Of a stretch of 64,000 nucleotides of DNA, positions 27,892 through 36,529 are shown in pieces (position 1 is the stretch's first letter; each line of letters opens with the position of its first letter). Source of the DNA: Candidatus Omnitrophota bacterium (GTDB taxonomy: Bacteria; Omnitrophota; Gorgyraeia; Gygaellales; Profunditerraquicolaceae). The translations under genes were made by a program, and so were the position numbers. The DNA is taken from contig JBAZLM010000004.1 in NCBI GenBank assembly GCA_041650295.1, forward strand, positions 51,860-115,859. Reading direction: 5' to 3'. The notes under the pieces are model-generated. The model was not told the DNA's origin. It worked only from the letters and a program-made list of their open reading frames with translations, and made no database searches.

Positions 27892-28982
27892 AATTTATAA
27901 GTTAAGACTCCGCCGACACTGGTAAATAAAATATTAGGTATCCAAAGCGCTAAAGCCGCTGGCAACGCTCCTTCCATGGCTAGGGCCACAAAGCCAATAT
28001 ATAGCGGATAATAGCAGACGATAATTAAGACTGCGATTCCGATATTAATAGATTTTTCGCGTCTGCGGGTAATAATTCCTAACGAAGAACCTAAAAGCAT
28101 AAATACAAAACAACTAAAAGCTAGCGCCAGTTTTTCATGGATTTTGGTAATTAAAGGGGCAGGAGTTATTCCTTCACTTTTGAGTTTTTTTGCCTCTTTT
28201 TTCAATTCTTTGATAGTCATCTCTTTATATTTTTTATCAACGATCTTATTTTGCATCTGCGCCATATCTAAATTCATAAAATAAGTGCGGAAATTAAGTT
28301 TATAAAAATTTGTGGGATTTTCTGGGTCCGGTTCGTCACTGGTACCGTCAATAAGTTTTAATTTAATGGAATTTTTATCTGGGATAGTAATAAATTCTCC
28401 AGCTTTGGCAATAATCGTGCGGGTAGGCCTATCTTCTCCCTGAGGTTCATAGATGCGGATGTTATTAAGTCGGTTTTTTTTCTGGTCTACATTGTAAATA
28501 AAAAGAATATATTTTTGAAATGAATCAATAAAAACTCCCTCTTCAAATGCGGCGGTAGGATTTTTGATCCCCATCTCTTGTAAAACTTTGCGATAAGCAA
28601 AATGAGAGTATGAAGCTGCTTGATCATTAAATACAGCTAAGCCCATACTTAAAACTAGACCAATCATTAATAAGGGTAAAATTAATCTAAATAAGTTTAC
28701 ACCACTTGATCTAATAGCGATTATTTCATTATCTCCCGAAAGCCTGCCAAAAGCTAGTAAGATGGCGACCAAAATTGATATTGGTAGAGTATAAGTAACG
28801 ATATAGGGAGTTAAATAAAGAAAAATTTGTACAACGCTAAAAAAATCCACTCCTTTATTAATAACTAAGTCAGCGATACGTTTTAAATTACCAATTAAGA
28901 CCATTAAAAAAGTGAGAGTTCCTAGGCAAAGTAGGAGTGGGCCGATAAATTCTCTTAAGATGTAATTGCGCAGTATCTTCAT
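27879..28982 (-). CDS. lptF: LPS export ABC permease of the LptF/LptG family, probably LptF
   Basis: Paralogue of the downstream gene with the same YjgP/YjgQ topology. It is first in the pair. Confidence 0.7.
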   Translation of the reverse strand: MKILRNYILREFIGPLLLCLGTLTFLMVLIGNLKRIADLVINKGVDFFSVVQIFLYLTPYIVTYTLPISILVAILLAFGRLSGDNEIIAIRSSGVNLFRLILPLLMIGLVLSMGLAVFNDQAASYSHFAYRKVLQEMGIKNPTAAFEEGVFIDSFQKYILFIYNVDQKKNRLNNIRIYEPQGEDRPTRTIIAKAGEFITIPDKNSIKLKLIDGTSDEPDPENPTNFYKLNFRTYFMNLDMAQMQNKIVDKKYKEMTIKELKKEAKKLKSEGITPAPLITKIHEKLALAFSCFVFMLLGSSLGIITRRREKSINIGIAVLIIVCYYPLYIGFVALAMEGALPAALALWIPNILFTSVGGVLTYKLCAS

Positions 28983-29075
28983 AGTTGAGTATCCTGTCCC
29001 GCCTCAAATTATTCGGCGGGATAACTTCGCACAAATAACTTACGTTCACCGCTGTTGCGTAAGTTATGCGCTTAG

Positions 29076-29801
29076 TTAATTGGCTAGCGTCATTAATAAA
29101 ACTATTTTAGCTCCGGCAGCTTTTAAACATTTGGCTGCTTCACTAGAAGTAGCCCCGGTAGTAAATACATCATCAATTAAAAGTAAATTTTTATCTTTAA
29201 TTAATTCCGGTCGCTTAATTGAAAAACTTCCGGCGACATTTTTGCGACGTTGCTCTGGATTGAGTTCGGTTTGAGTCTTTGTGGGTTTATTACGAATTAA
29301 AGCTTGGTTAATCATTTCTTTGTTAAATTCTTTAGCAATTTCTTGACTCAAAATCTCTGCTTGATTGAATTCTCTTTCTCTTTGTCGGCTTTTATGCAAA
29401 GGTATAGGGATAATACAATCCAAGTGTTGGATCGGCAGAGAGTAATCTTTAATAAAGGTCTTCATAATTAAGCCTAAGTGTTTTCCTAAATAATCCTTAT
29501 GTTTATATTTAAATTCATGCACTAGTTGTTTAATCGAACCGGTATAGCGGCAAGGGCTAAATGCTCGATCAAAATAAAACTGCTCCTTGTGGCAGCTAAA
29601 ACAGGTGTTTTCTAAAATAGCTTTAGCATCCAGATGCCGGCCACATCTTAAGCAAAAAGGAGGATGATTTCTTTCAATTTTATCCCAACAGGCAAAACAA
29701 AGTGGATCTTGTTCTCTAGTTGTTTTTAGCTTGTCTTTACAAACCAAACAGCAGTTTGGATAAATTAAATCTTTGAATCCTTTAAACAAACCACTTAACA
29801 T
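29076..29801 (-). CDS. comF: ComF-family phosphoribosyltransferase-domain protein
   Basis: N-terminal double zinc ribbon (CLVC...CFAC; CLRCGRHLD...CFSC) and a C-terminal PRTase motif LLLIDDVFTTGAT. Confidence 0.75.
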   Translation of the reverse strand: MLSGLFKGFKDLIYPNCCLVCKDKLKTTREQDPLCFACWDKIERNHPPFCLRCGRHLDAKAILENTCFSCHKEQFYFDRAFSPCRYTGSIKQLVHEFKYKHKDYLGKHLGLIMKTFIKDYSLPIQHLDCIIPIPLHKSRQREREFNQAEILSQEIAKEFNKEMINQALIRNKPTKTQTELNPEQRRKNVAGSFSIKRPELIKDKNLLLIDDVFTTGATSSEAAKCLKAAGAKIVLLMTLAN

Positions 29802-29841
29802 AAAGATATAATATCAATGAAAACTAGCTTTGTCAAAGTAA

Positions 29842-29870
29842 TTGACAGTCGTCTCTATCGATAGTAGAAT
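29842..29870 (+). promoter_or_regulatory. Near-consensus sigma70-type promoter for pyrE, giving a leaderless or very short-leader transcript
   Basis: TTGACA, a 17-nt spacer, then TAGAAT. The ATG lies only 7 nt downstream and has no SD. Confidence 0.45.
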
Positions 29871-29877
29871 TAACCTT

Positions 29878-30438
29878 ATGGAAAACTTAAAACCCACAGA
29901 ATTGAAAGCGGAATTATTTAAATTATTAAATCAAGAAGCTCTGAAGCGAGGAAAGTTTGTTCTTTCTTCGGGCAAAGAGAGTAATTATTACTTAGATGGC
30001 CGAGTGATTACTTTAACTCCTCAGGGTGCTTATTTAGTAGCTAATATTATGTTGGATATGATTAAAAATGAATCTTTGGATGCTATCGGCGGGCCTACTT
30101 TGGGGGCTGATCCGATTGTTGGAGCGATTGCGGCGATAAGTTATATTAATCAGCATTCGATTAAAACTTTTATTGTGCGCAAACAAGCCAAAGAGCATGG
30201 CATGAGCCGGCAAGTGGAAGGTCCAGAGTTAAAGAAAGGCCAGCGGGTAATTTTAGTTGATGATGTGGCTACTTCTGGTAAAGCTATTTTGGAAGCCAAA
30301 CAGGCATTAGACAAAATTGGTGTGATTGCTGATAAAGCCATTGTGATTGTGGATCGTAATCAAGGGGCGCTAGAAAATTTAGCTAAAGTTGGTTTGCAAT
30401 TAGAATCAATCTTTAAAATTACGGAATTTGGCCTCTAG
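29878..30438 (+). CDS. pyrE: Orotate phosphoribosyltransferase
   Basis: PRTase motif VILVDDVATSGKA. The ORF-track TTG start at 29842 coincides with the -35 box, so I preferred the ATG at 29878. Confidence 0.8.
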   Translation: MENLKPTELKAELFKLLNQEALKRGKFVLSSGKESNYYLDGRVITLTPQGAYLVANIMLDMIKNESLDAIGGPTLGADPIVGAIAAISYINQHSIKTFIVRKQAKEHGMSRQVEGPELKKGQRVILVDDVATSGKAILEAKQALDKIGVIADKAIVIVDRNQGALENLAKVGLQLESIFKITEFGL

Positions 30439-31682
30439 TGAAAAAAAATAAAATTATTGTGGTAGGCGGTGGGCCATCAGGAATGATGGCGGCAATCCGG
30501 GCGCAAACTTTGGGCCAGGATGTTACGCTTTTAGAAAGAAAGAGTACCCTCGGTAATAAGCTCCTGCTTAGTGGTAAAGGTCGTTGTAATCTCACCAACA
30601 CAGAAGAGTTCTCAGATTTTTTAAAACGTTTTTCTAAAAGTGGTGATTTTTTAAGAGATGCTTTTAAGAAATTCTTTGTTGCTGAATTGATTGCTTTTTT
30701 CCAAGAGCGCGGTTTAGAAACAAAAGTAGAGCGTCAATTGCGTGTTTTTCCTCAAACGGATCGTTCCAGTAGTGTTTTAGATGTATTAAAGAGAGAGATG
30801 GATAAGCTGGGGGTAAAAATTATTTATAACAGTAAAGTAATTGATGTTTTTGTTAAGGAAGGTAAAGCTAAAGGCGTGCGTTTAGAAAATAGGGTGGATA
30901 TGGTCGCTGATCGGGTAATTTTAGCTACCGGAGGAGCAAGCTACAGTTTTACTGGTAGTGATGCTTCGGGGATCAATATGGTTAAAAAGTATGGCCACAG
31001 TATTGTTCCTTTACAGGCAGGCTTAATTCCAATAGATGTAAAAGAGAATTATCCCAAAAAATTAGAGGGACTTACTTTACGCAATATTAAATTAAAATTT
31101 TCTGATGGGAAAAAAGAAATTGTTTCAGAGGTAGGAGAAGCGATTTTTACGGCAACCGGAATTTCAGGGCCGCTAGTGATTACTTTAAGTGGTAGAGTGA
31201 TTGATCTTTTGGGGGTGAATAAAAAAGTTTATGTTGAGATAGACTTAAAACCGGCATTAACTGTAGAACAATTGGATGCACGCTTGCTTAGAGAATTTAA
31301 AGCTAATTCCAAAAAAGGAATTAAGAATTTATTAAAAGAATTATTGCCACTACGCTTAATAAAACTTTTTATTGAGGTAGTCGGAATTGATTTACTTAAA
31401 AAAGGTAGCCAGATTACGCAAGTGGAGAGACAGAGGATTGTGGCTTTACTTAAAGGTTTTCGGATGGAGGTCTCTGGGCCGCGGCCGCTAGAAGAAGCAA
31501 TGGTTACCCGCGGTGGGATTAGTTTAAAAGATGTGGATCCGCGCACGATGGAGTCGCGCTTGGTTAAAGGGTTATATTTTTGCGGCGAGATGATTGATGT
31601 TGATGCGGATACCGGCGGGTTTAATCTTCAAGCAGCTTTCTCAACTGGTTATTTAGCTGGCGATAGTGCGGCAAGTGATTAG
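30438..31682 (+). CDS. HI0933-like FAD-dependent flavoprotein (aminoacetone oxidase family)
   Basis: GTG start overlapping the pyrE stop. Rossmann motif IIVVGGGPSGMMAA and a HI0933-like C-terminal region. Confidence 0.7.
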   Translation: MKKNKIIVVGGGPSGMMAAIRAQTLGQDVTLLERKSTLGNKLLLSGKGRCNLTNTEEFSDFLKRFSKSGDFLRDAFKKFFVAELIAFFQERGLETKVERQLRVFPQTDRSSSVLDVLKREMDKLGVKIIYNSKVIDVFVKEGKAKGVRLENRVDMVADRVILATGGASYSFTGSDASGINMVKKYGHSIVPLQAGLIPIDVKENYPKKLEGLTLRNIKLKFSDGKKEIVSEVGEAIFTATGISGPLVITLSGRVIDLLGVNKKVYVEIDLKPALTVEQLDARLLREFKANSKKGIKNLLKELLPLRLIKLFIEVVGIDLLKKGSQITQVERQRIVALLKGFRMEVSGPRPLEEAMVTRGGISLKDVDPRTMESRLVKGLYFCGEMIDVDADTGGFNLQAAFSTGYLAGDSAASD

Positions 31683-31901
31683 CGGATTCTATCTTGGATA
31701 TTACCAAATCACCTGTTACGCTTTATAAATTTTACCTTTCGCTTCCGGCGCTCAAACTTTTCGCCGTGTGCTGCGGCTTACGTCTCGCTACGGCTTTCTT
31801 CCTTACGCTAGATGGACACCGCCTTCGCTCGACGTAATTCCTTGCACACCGTTGGCGAAAACTTTGAACGCGCCTCCAGCAAAAGGTAAAATATAATTAA
31901 G

Positions 31902-33242
31902 ATGATAAAAATATATTTAGCTTCGCAATCAAAAGCTAGAAAGAAGTTATTAGAGAGATTCGGTTTAAAGTTTCAGGTTTTTCCTTCCCGTGTTCAAGAG
32001 GTACAATCCCGTGGTAAATTAACCTTTGAGCAGTTAGTTAAGCACAACGCTAAAATAAAAGCTAAAGATGTAGCCGCAAAAATAAAAGAAGGAATTATTA
32101 TTGCTGCAGATACTATTTGCGTGCAGGATGGCAAAATTTTTGGCAAACCCAAAGATATGCAAGATGCCTGCAGCATGCTTAAAAAATTATCGACTAAACC
32201 GCAGTGGCTTTACTCTGGTTTAGTGGTAGTAAAAAAAGAGAAAACTCAGACGCGCATTTGTCTGGCATCTGAAAAAACCAAAGTTTATATGCACAGATTA
32301 ACTGACCAACAAGTTAATAATTATTTTAAACATGTATCTCCATTAGATAAGGCGGGAAGTTTTGATATATCAGGTAAAGGGGCAACATTTATTAAAAAAG
32401 TAGACGGTTGTTATTATAATGTGATTGGTTTGCCTTTGGCTAAGCTCTATCAAATTTTTAAGAAGCTTGGACTTTTTATGATTATTTTTTCAGTATTCAT
32501 TATTAACGGTTGTTCTACTGAATATAATTTGGTAACTAAGCAAGAGGAAAAATATTACTATAGTACAGATAAAGAAGTTTCGATGGGTCAGTCAATTGAT
32601 CGGCAAGTTCAGAAACAGTTAAAATTTACCAATGATCCTTTAGAAAAAAAACGAGTTGAAGATATTGGGAAAAAAATTGCTGCGGTAAGTGATCGTAAAG
32701 AAATTGATTATTATTTTCAAGTTTTAGATGACGATACGGTTAATGCGGTTTCTTTACCGGGTGGCTATATTTATGTAAATACTGGATTATTAGAAAAAAT
32801 TTCTAATGATGATGAACTGGCTTGTGTTTTAGCGCATGAGGTAGGTCATATTGTAGCTCGACATAGTATAAAAAAATTGCAAGCCATGCAAAGTTATTCT
32901 ATTCTTAGATTGTTAGTGGCGGTAGCTCCTGGCACTGGGGAGGTGGGTACAGCTGCCGATGTTGCTTTTAATCAATTTCTTTTAGGTTATAGTCGGGAAG
33001 ATGAATTACTAGCTGATCAATTGGGTGCTCGTTATGCGAAATTAGCCGGTTATGATCCGCATGGGATGATTGATTTTCTAAATAAATTACAAGAGATAAA
33101 TCGTAGAATGCCTTTGCAGGAACGTACATATTATAAAACTCACCCCTATGTACCTGATCGCGTTAGAGTAGTTAAGCAGGAGATTGGAGAGGCAATTGAT
33201 TTTGGGGATTACATAAATATCGAGCAGAAGGTGCATGAATAA
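31902..33242 (+). CDS. maf: In-frame fusion of Maf (nucleotide pyrophosphatase) with a signal-anchored M48 family zinc metallopeptidase
   Basis: Residues 1-190 carry Maf motifs (LASQS, ADTIC, GLPL). There is no stop before a lipoprotein-like signal MIIFSVFIINGC. The remainder has HEVGH and the downstream REDELLADQLG...AGYDP motif of M48 (BepA/Oma1-like). Confidence 0.7.
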   Translation: MIKIYLASQSKARKKLLERFGLKFQVFPSRVQEVQSRGKLTFEQLVKHNAKIKAKDVAAKIKEGIIIAADTICVQDGKIFGKPKDMQDACSMLKKLSTKPQWLYSGLVVVKKEKTQTRICLASEKTKVYMHRLTDQQVNNYFKHVSPLDKAGSFDISGKGATFIKKVDGCYYNVIGLPLAKLYQIFKKLGLFMIIFSVFIINGCSTEYNLVTKQEEKYYYSTDKEVSMGQSIDRQVQKQLKFTNDPLEKKRVEDIGKKIAAVSDRKEIDYYFQVLDDDTVNAVSLPGGYIYVNTGLLEKISNDDELACVLAHEVGHIVARHSIKKLQAMQSYSILRLLVAVAPGTGEVGTAADVAFNQFLLGYSREDELLADQLGARYAKLAGYDPHGMIDFLNKLQEINRRMPLQERTYYKTHPYVPDRVRVVKQEIGEAIDFGDYINIEQKVHE

Positions 33243-34356
33243 GATTTTCTGTTTCTTTATATTAATCTTATTTAGTTTAGGGATAGCTCATAGTGCTATA
33301 CAAGAAAATATGAATAATCATTTAAAAGATTTAAATCAACTTAACTTAGATAATCCTTTTGGTGTGCTAGAGTTTTTGCATTGGAATCATTGTTGGAATA
33401 ATTATGAGTATTCTAAAAAGTGTGATCTTGAAAAAACCATAACTTTAATGCAAAGTGCTGGGGTGGGCTGGGTAAGGGTAGATTTTTTATGGGAAGATAT
33501 CGAGCCTGTGCAAGGCGATTTTAAATTTGCAAAGTATGATGCGATCGTTAAATTGCTTAAAGAAAAAGGTATGTATATTCTAGGTGTTTTGCAATATAAC
33601 ACTAGCTGGTCTTCTGGTTGCGGGGAATGGAATTGTCCTCCTAAAGATAATGCATTATTTGTAAATTATGCTAGCAAGGTTATTCAACGCTATAAGGAAG
33701 AGGTTAAATATTGGGAAGTTTGGAATGAACCAGATTCGGCTACCTATTGGAAAGATCAAGATGGTTTAAAGTCCTATTGTTTATTATTAAAAGATGTTTA
33801 TCTGGCAGCTAAACAAATTGATCCGCAATGTAAGATTTTAAATGGAGGGATTGCAAGCGGATTGGGAAGTATCAATCATTTGTATGATAACGGGGCTAAA
33901 GATTATTTCGATATATTAAACGTACATTTTTTTCAAAATCCTTTAAATAAAATGGCGATTAAAGCTGTGGCTAGTTATCCAAAATTAGTGCATAAAATTA
34001 TGCAGCGTAATGGTGACGGTGATAAAAAAATTTGGATTACTGAGATTGGTTCTCCGGGAGTTAAAAGAGGATTAACAGCGAATAATTGGTGGATGGGTAA
34101 AAATCCCACAGAAACTCAGCAATGCCAGTGGGTAAAGGCAGTGTATACTGAACTTTTAAAGAATCCAAATGTAGATAAGATTTTCTGGGCTTTTTTCCGC
34201 GATACCCGGGCACATTGGGATACCGGAGTAGATTATTTTGGATTAGTGCGCAAAGATTTTTCTAAAAAACCTGCATTTTACGCCTACCAGAAGTGTTTTA
34301 ATCAATGGTTAGTCGAGTATAAGAAAAGTGTCTCTAGAGAGAAGATTAGAAGATAA
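33235..34356 (+). CDS. Secreted clan GH-A glycoside hydrolase (family 5/39-like)
   Basis: Signal peptide, then an acid/base motif VWNEPD and a nucleophile motif IWITEIGSPG. Confidence 0.6.
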   Translation: MNKIFCFFILILFSLGIAHSAIQENMNNHLKDLNQLNLDNPFGVLEFLHWNHCWNNYEYSKKCDLEKTITLMQSAGVGWVRVDFLWEDIEPVQGDFKFAKYDAIVKLLKEKGMYILGVLQYNTSWSSGCGEWNCPPKDNALFVNYASKVIQRYKEEVKYWEVWNEPDSATYWKDQDGLKSYCLLLKDVYLAAKQIDPQCKILNGGIASGLGSINHLYDNGAKDYFDILNVHFFQNPLNKMAIKAVASYPKLVHKIMQRNGDGDKKIWITEIGSPGVKRGLTANNWWMGKNPTETQQCQWVKAVYTELLKNPNVDKIFWAFFRDTRAHWDTGVDYFGLVRKDFSKKPAFYAYQKCFNQWLVEYKKSVSREKIRR

Positions 34357-34362
34357 CTTTTG

Positions 34363-34443
34363 TGCGGGAGGAGGGAGTTGAACCCTCAAGGATTTCTCCA
34401 CACGCTTCTGAGACGTGCGCGTATGCCATTCCGCCACTCCCGC
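34363..34443 (-). tRNA. tRNA-Leu(CAG)
   Basis: Hand-folded from the reverse complement. Acceptor stem is GCGGGAG/CTCCCGC. The D arm resembles E. coli tRNA-Leu (TGGCGGAAT-GG). Anticodon stem is CACGT/GCGTG with loop CTCAGAA. There is an extra arm and a T-loop GGTTCAACTCC. No CCA is encoded. Confidence 0.8.
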
Positions 34444-34567
34444 AATCAGTATTCAAGTATAACTTAGCCAGATTAGCCTGTCAATTAGTTATCAAATTCC
34501 CCGATAAATAAATTGCTGTTGGGTTTCTTTACTGTTATAATATTGGTTCATTAACCAGGAGAATAAC

Positions 34568-35524
34568 GTGTTTTTAGAGCATTTTAAGATTACTACTTTA
34601 GCCATGGCTCAGATATTTATTTTGGGAGCTTTGGGTTATATTTTAGTGAAGAAAAATATACTTTCGCATACGGGTTTGGATGCTTTGAGTCGCTTAGTCA
34701 TCCAGATTGTTTTTCCAGCGTTAATTATCACTCAGTTATTGCATAATTTCAGTTTTACTCTGTATCCGAACTGGTGGATCTTTCCGGTAATTAGCATACT
34801 GATTACTGCGGTTAGTTTAGCTTTAGGAATACTTTTACTCAAGTTTATAAAATTAAAGAATAATAAACTACAGTTTTTAAGCTTAGTGGGTTTTCAAAAT
34901 TCTGGATATCTACCGTTAGCTTTGGCGGCGGCGATTTTTTCTGGTCAGGATTTAAGTAACATTTTTATTTAAATATTTTTATTTTTATTAGGTTTTGATC
35001 TGGTCGCTTGGTCGTTGGGGATATATCTGTTAACTTATGAAAAAGAGTCTAGGTTTAAGTTGCAGCATATTTTCAGTCCCCCGGTAATTGCTAGCTTGTC
35101 TACTTTGATTTTTATTGCTCTTGGATTAAATAAAATTGTTCCTAGCGTTTTATTTAAGCCCGTAGAGATGATCGGAAATTGTACTTTGCCTTTAGCATTA
35201 ATGGTTGTAGGGGGGAATATTGCTTTAGTTGAGTTAAAGAATATCAATAAGAAGGTTTTATCTGTTTTTCTTTTCGGCAAATTAATTATTCTGCCGGCAT
35301 TAGGTTTATGGATAGTACTTAAATTGGCGCTGCCGCAGTTATTTGGCTTCTTAATTATCATGCAATTGGCGATGCCTTCGGCTACTTCTTTATCGGTAAT
35401 TGTGCGCCGTTATAATCGAGAAGATGCTTTAATTAGTCAGGGAATATTTTTTAGCCATATTATTAGTTTAATTACTATTCCGCTATTTTTAGGTTTATAT
35501 TTATCGCTGGTTGTGCTAAAATGA
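34568..35524 (+). pseudogene. AEC (auxin efflux carrier/MleP-like) family permease interrupted by one in-frame TAA at 34970-34972
   Basis: ORFs 34568..34972 and 35015..35524 are in the same frame. Translation across the TAA is continuous membrane protein (...LSNIFI*IFLFLLGFDLVAWSLGIYLL...). Combined length of about 318 aa is typical of AEC transporters. Confidence 0.6.
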
Positions 35525-35973
35525 GTAAATCGATTATCACCAATCGCAAGGCTTACCGGGATTATGAAGTATTAGAGGCTTTTGAGTGCGGAATTGAACT
35601 TAAAGGCTCAGAGGTAAAGTCTTTACGCGACGGTAAAATTAATTTAGATGACAGTTTTGCCCGTGCAGAACAAGATGAGTTATTTTTGTATAATGCACAT
35701 ATAAGTCCTTATGCACAGGCTAGTTATTTAAATGTTGAGCCAAATCGACCACGTAAGTTGCTTTTACATAAGGGGCAGATTTTAAGGGTTATTGGTAAGC
35801 TTACCCAAAAAGGTTTAGCCTTAATTCCTTTAAAACTTTATTTTAATGACCGAGGTTTTGTAAAAGTAGAATTAGCGTTGGGTAAAGGTAAAAAACTTTA
35901 CGATAAACGAGTAACGATTAAGCGCAGAGAAACTGATCTTGAAATGCGCCGGGCAATAAAGAATAGAAGGTGA
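35521..35973 (+). CDS. smpB: SsrA-binding protein SmpB
   Basis: SmpB N-terminal motif NRKAYRDYEVLE...GIELKGSEVKS and a basic C-terminal tail. Immediately upstream of tmRNA. Confidence 0.9.
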   Translation: MSKSIITNRKAYRDYEVLEAFECGIELKGSEVKSLRDGKINLDDSFARAEQDELFLYNAHISPYAQASYLNVEPNRPRKLLLHKGQILRVIGKLTQKGLALIPLKLYFNDRGFVKVELALGKGKKLYDKRVTIKRRETDLEMRRAIKNRR

Positions 35974-35979
35974 TTTTTT

Positions 35980-36381
35980 GGGGGTGAAAGGGTTCGACTT
36001 GAGATGGTCGGATAAGAGTAGCATGCCGCGGATGTAAGGTTAGCCGCGTTAAAAATCCTTGCACAATCTAAACGCAAACACAAACGTGTTCAACCGTTTA
36101 GCACCAAAGGCAGCAATGCCTTTGATGCCTGCGGGCGTACAAGCCTTAGCGTTTAATTAAACGTTAAGCCTCTAGCCGTTTTTGCCTACGAAACGGATTA
36201 GGGCCTTAGTAGGATAGCTTCGTCAGGTTAGCCTTTGTGGATGAAGCGAGATTTTAAAGGCTGCTCCTTGCAAATCCTGTCTGTAGAAGTTGCAAGGTTA
36301 AGACAAATTACAAGGCTAAGCATGTAGTGACTTTTATTTGATTACTTAAGGACCCCGGTTCAATTCCGGGCACCTCCACCA
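35980..36381 (+). ncRNA. ssrA: tmRNA (ssrA)
   Basis: The 5' GGGGGUG pairs with the 3' CACCUCC including the G3:U wobble. The 3' tRNA-like domain is GGACCCCGGUUCAAUUCCGGGCACCUCCACCA with encoded CCA. It lies 7 nt after the smpB stop. An internal ORF-like tag frame runs 36074-36160. Confidence 0.85.
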
Positions 36382-36403
36382 TCCTGTACTGTGTACAGGA
36401 TTT
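36382..36403 (+). terminator. Hairpin immediately after the tmRNA 3' end
   Basis: TCCTGTAC-TGT-GTACAGGA perfect 8-bp stem followed by TTTCG. Confidence 0.4.
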
Positions 36404-36529
36404 CGCTGGTAGAAAATTGTTGTGCTCAAAATTTACGACAAGTAAATTTTTGGTGGATGTCGCAACGAGCGTGGCGAGGCGACAAGCCGAGCAGCGAGTG
36501 CGACGCCACACAAATATCAACACATACTT

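Noticed and set aside
31683-31901. Tested whether the GC-rich intergenic element is SRP (4.5S) RNA, RNase P RNA or 6S RNA.
   Set aside because: Neither strand contains the SRP domain IV motif (GGAAGCAGCC-like) or RNase P P4 consensus elements. Only a generic long-stem architecture was seen, so no named RNA family is claimed.
31902-33242. Considered that the Maf-M48 single ORF is simply two genes mis-merged by the ORF caller.
   Set aside because: I read the junction nucleotides (…AAG CTT GGA CTT TTT ATG ATT…). No stop occurs in frame, so the fusion or readthrough is real at the sequence level. It is kept as a finding, with sequencing error as the alternative.
36308-36523. Minus-strand 71-aa ORF, plus 35898..36083 on the minus strand.
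   Set aside because: Both overlap the tmRNA gene (its tRNA-like 3' domain and 5' region respectively). The tmRNA call is strongly supported.
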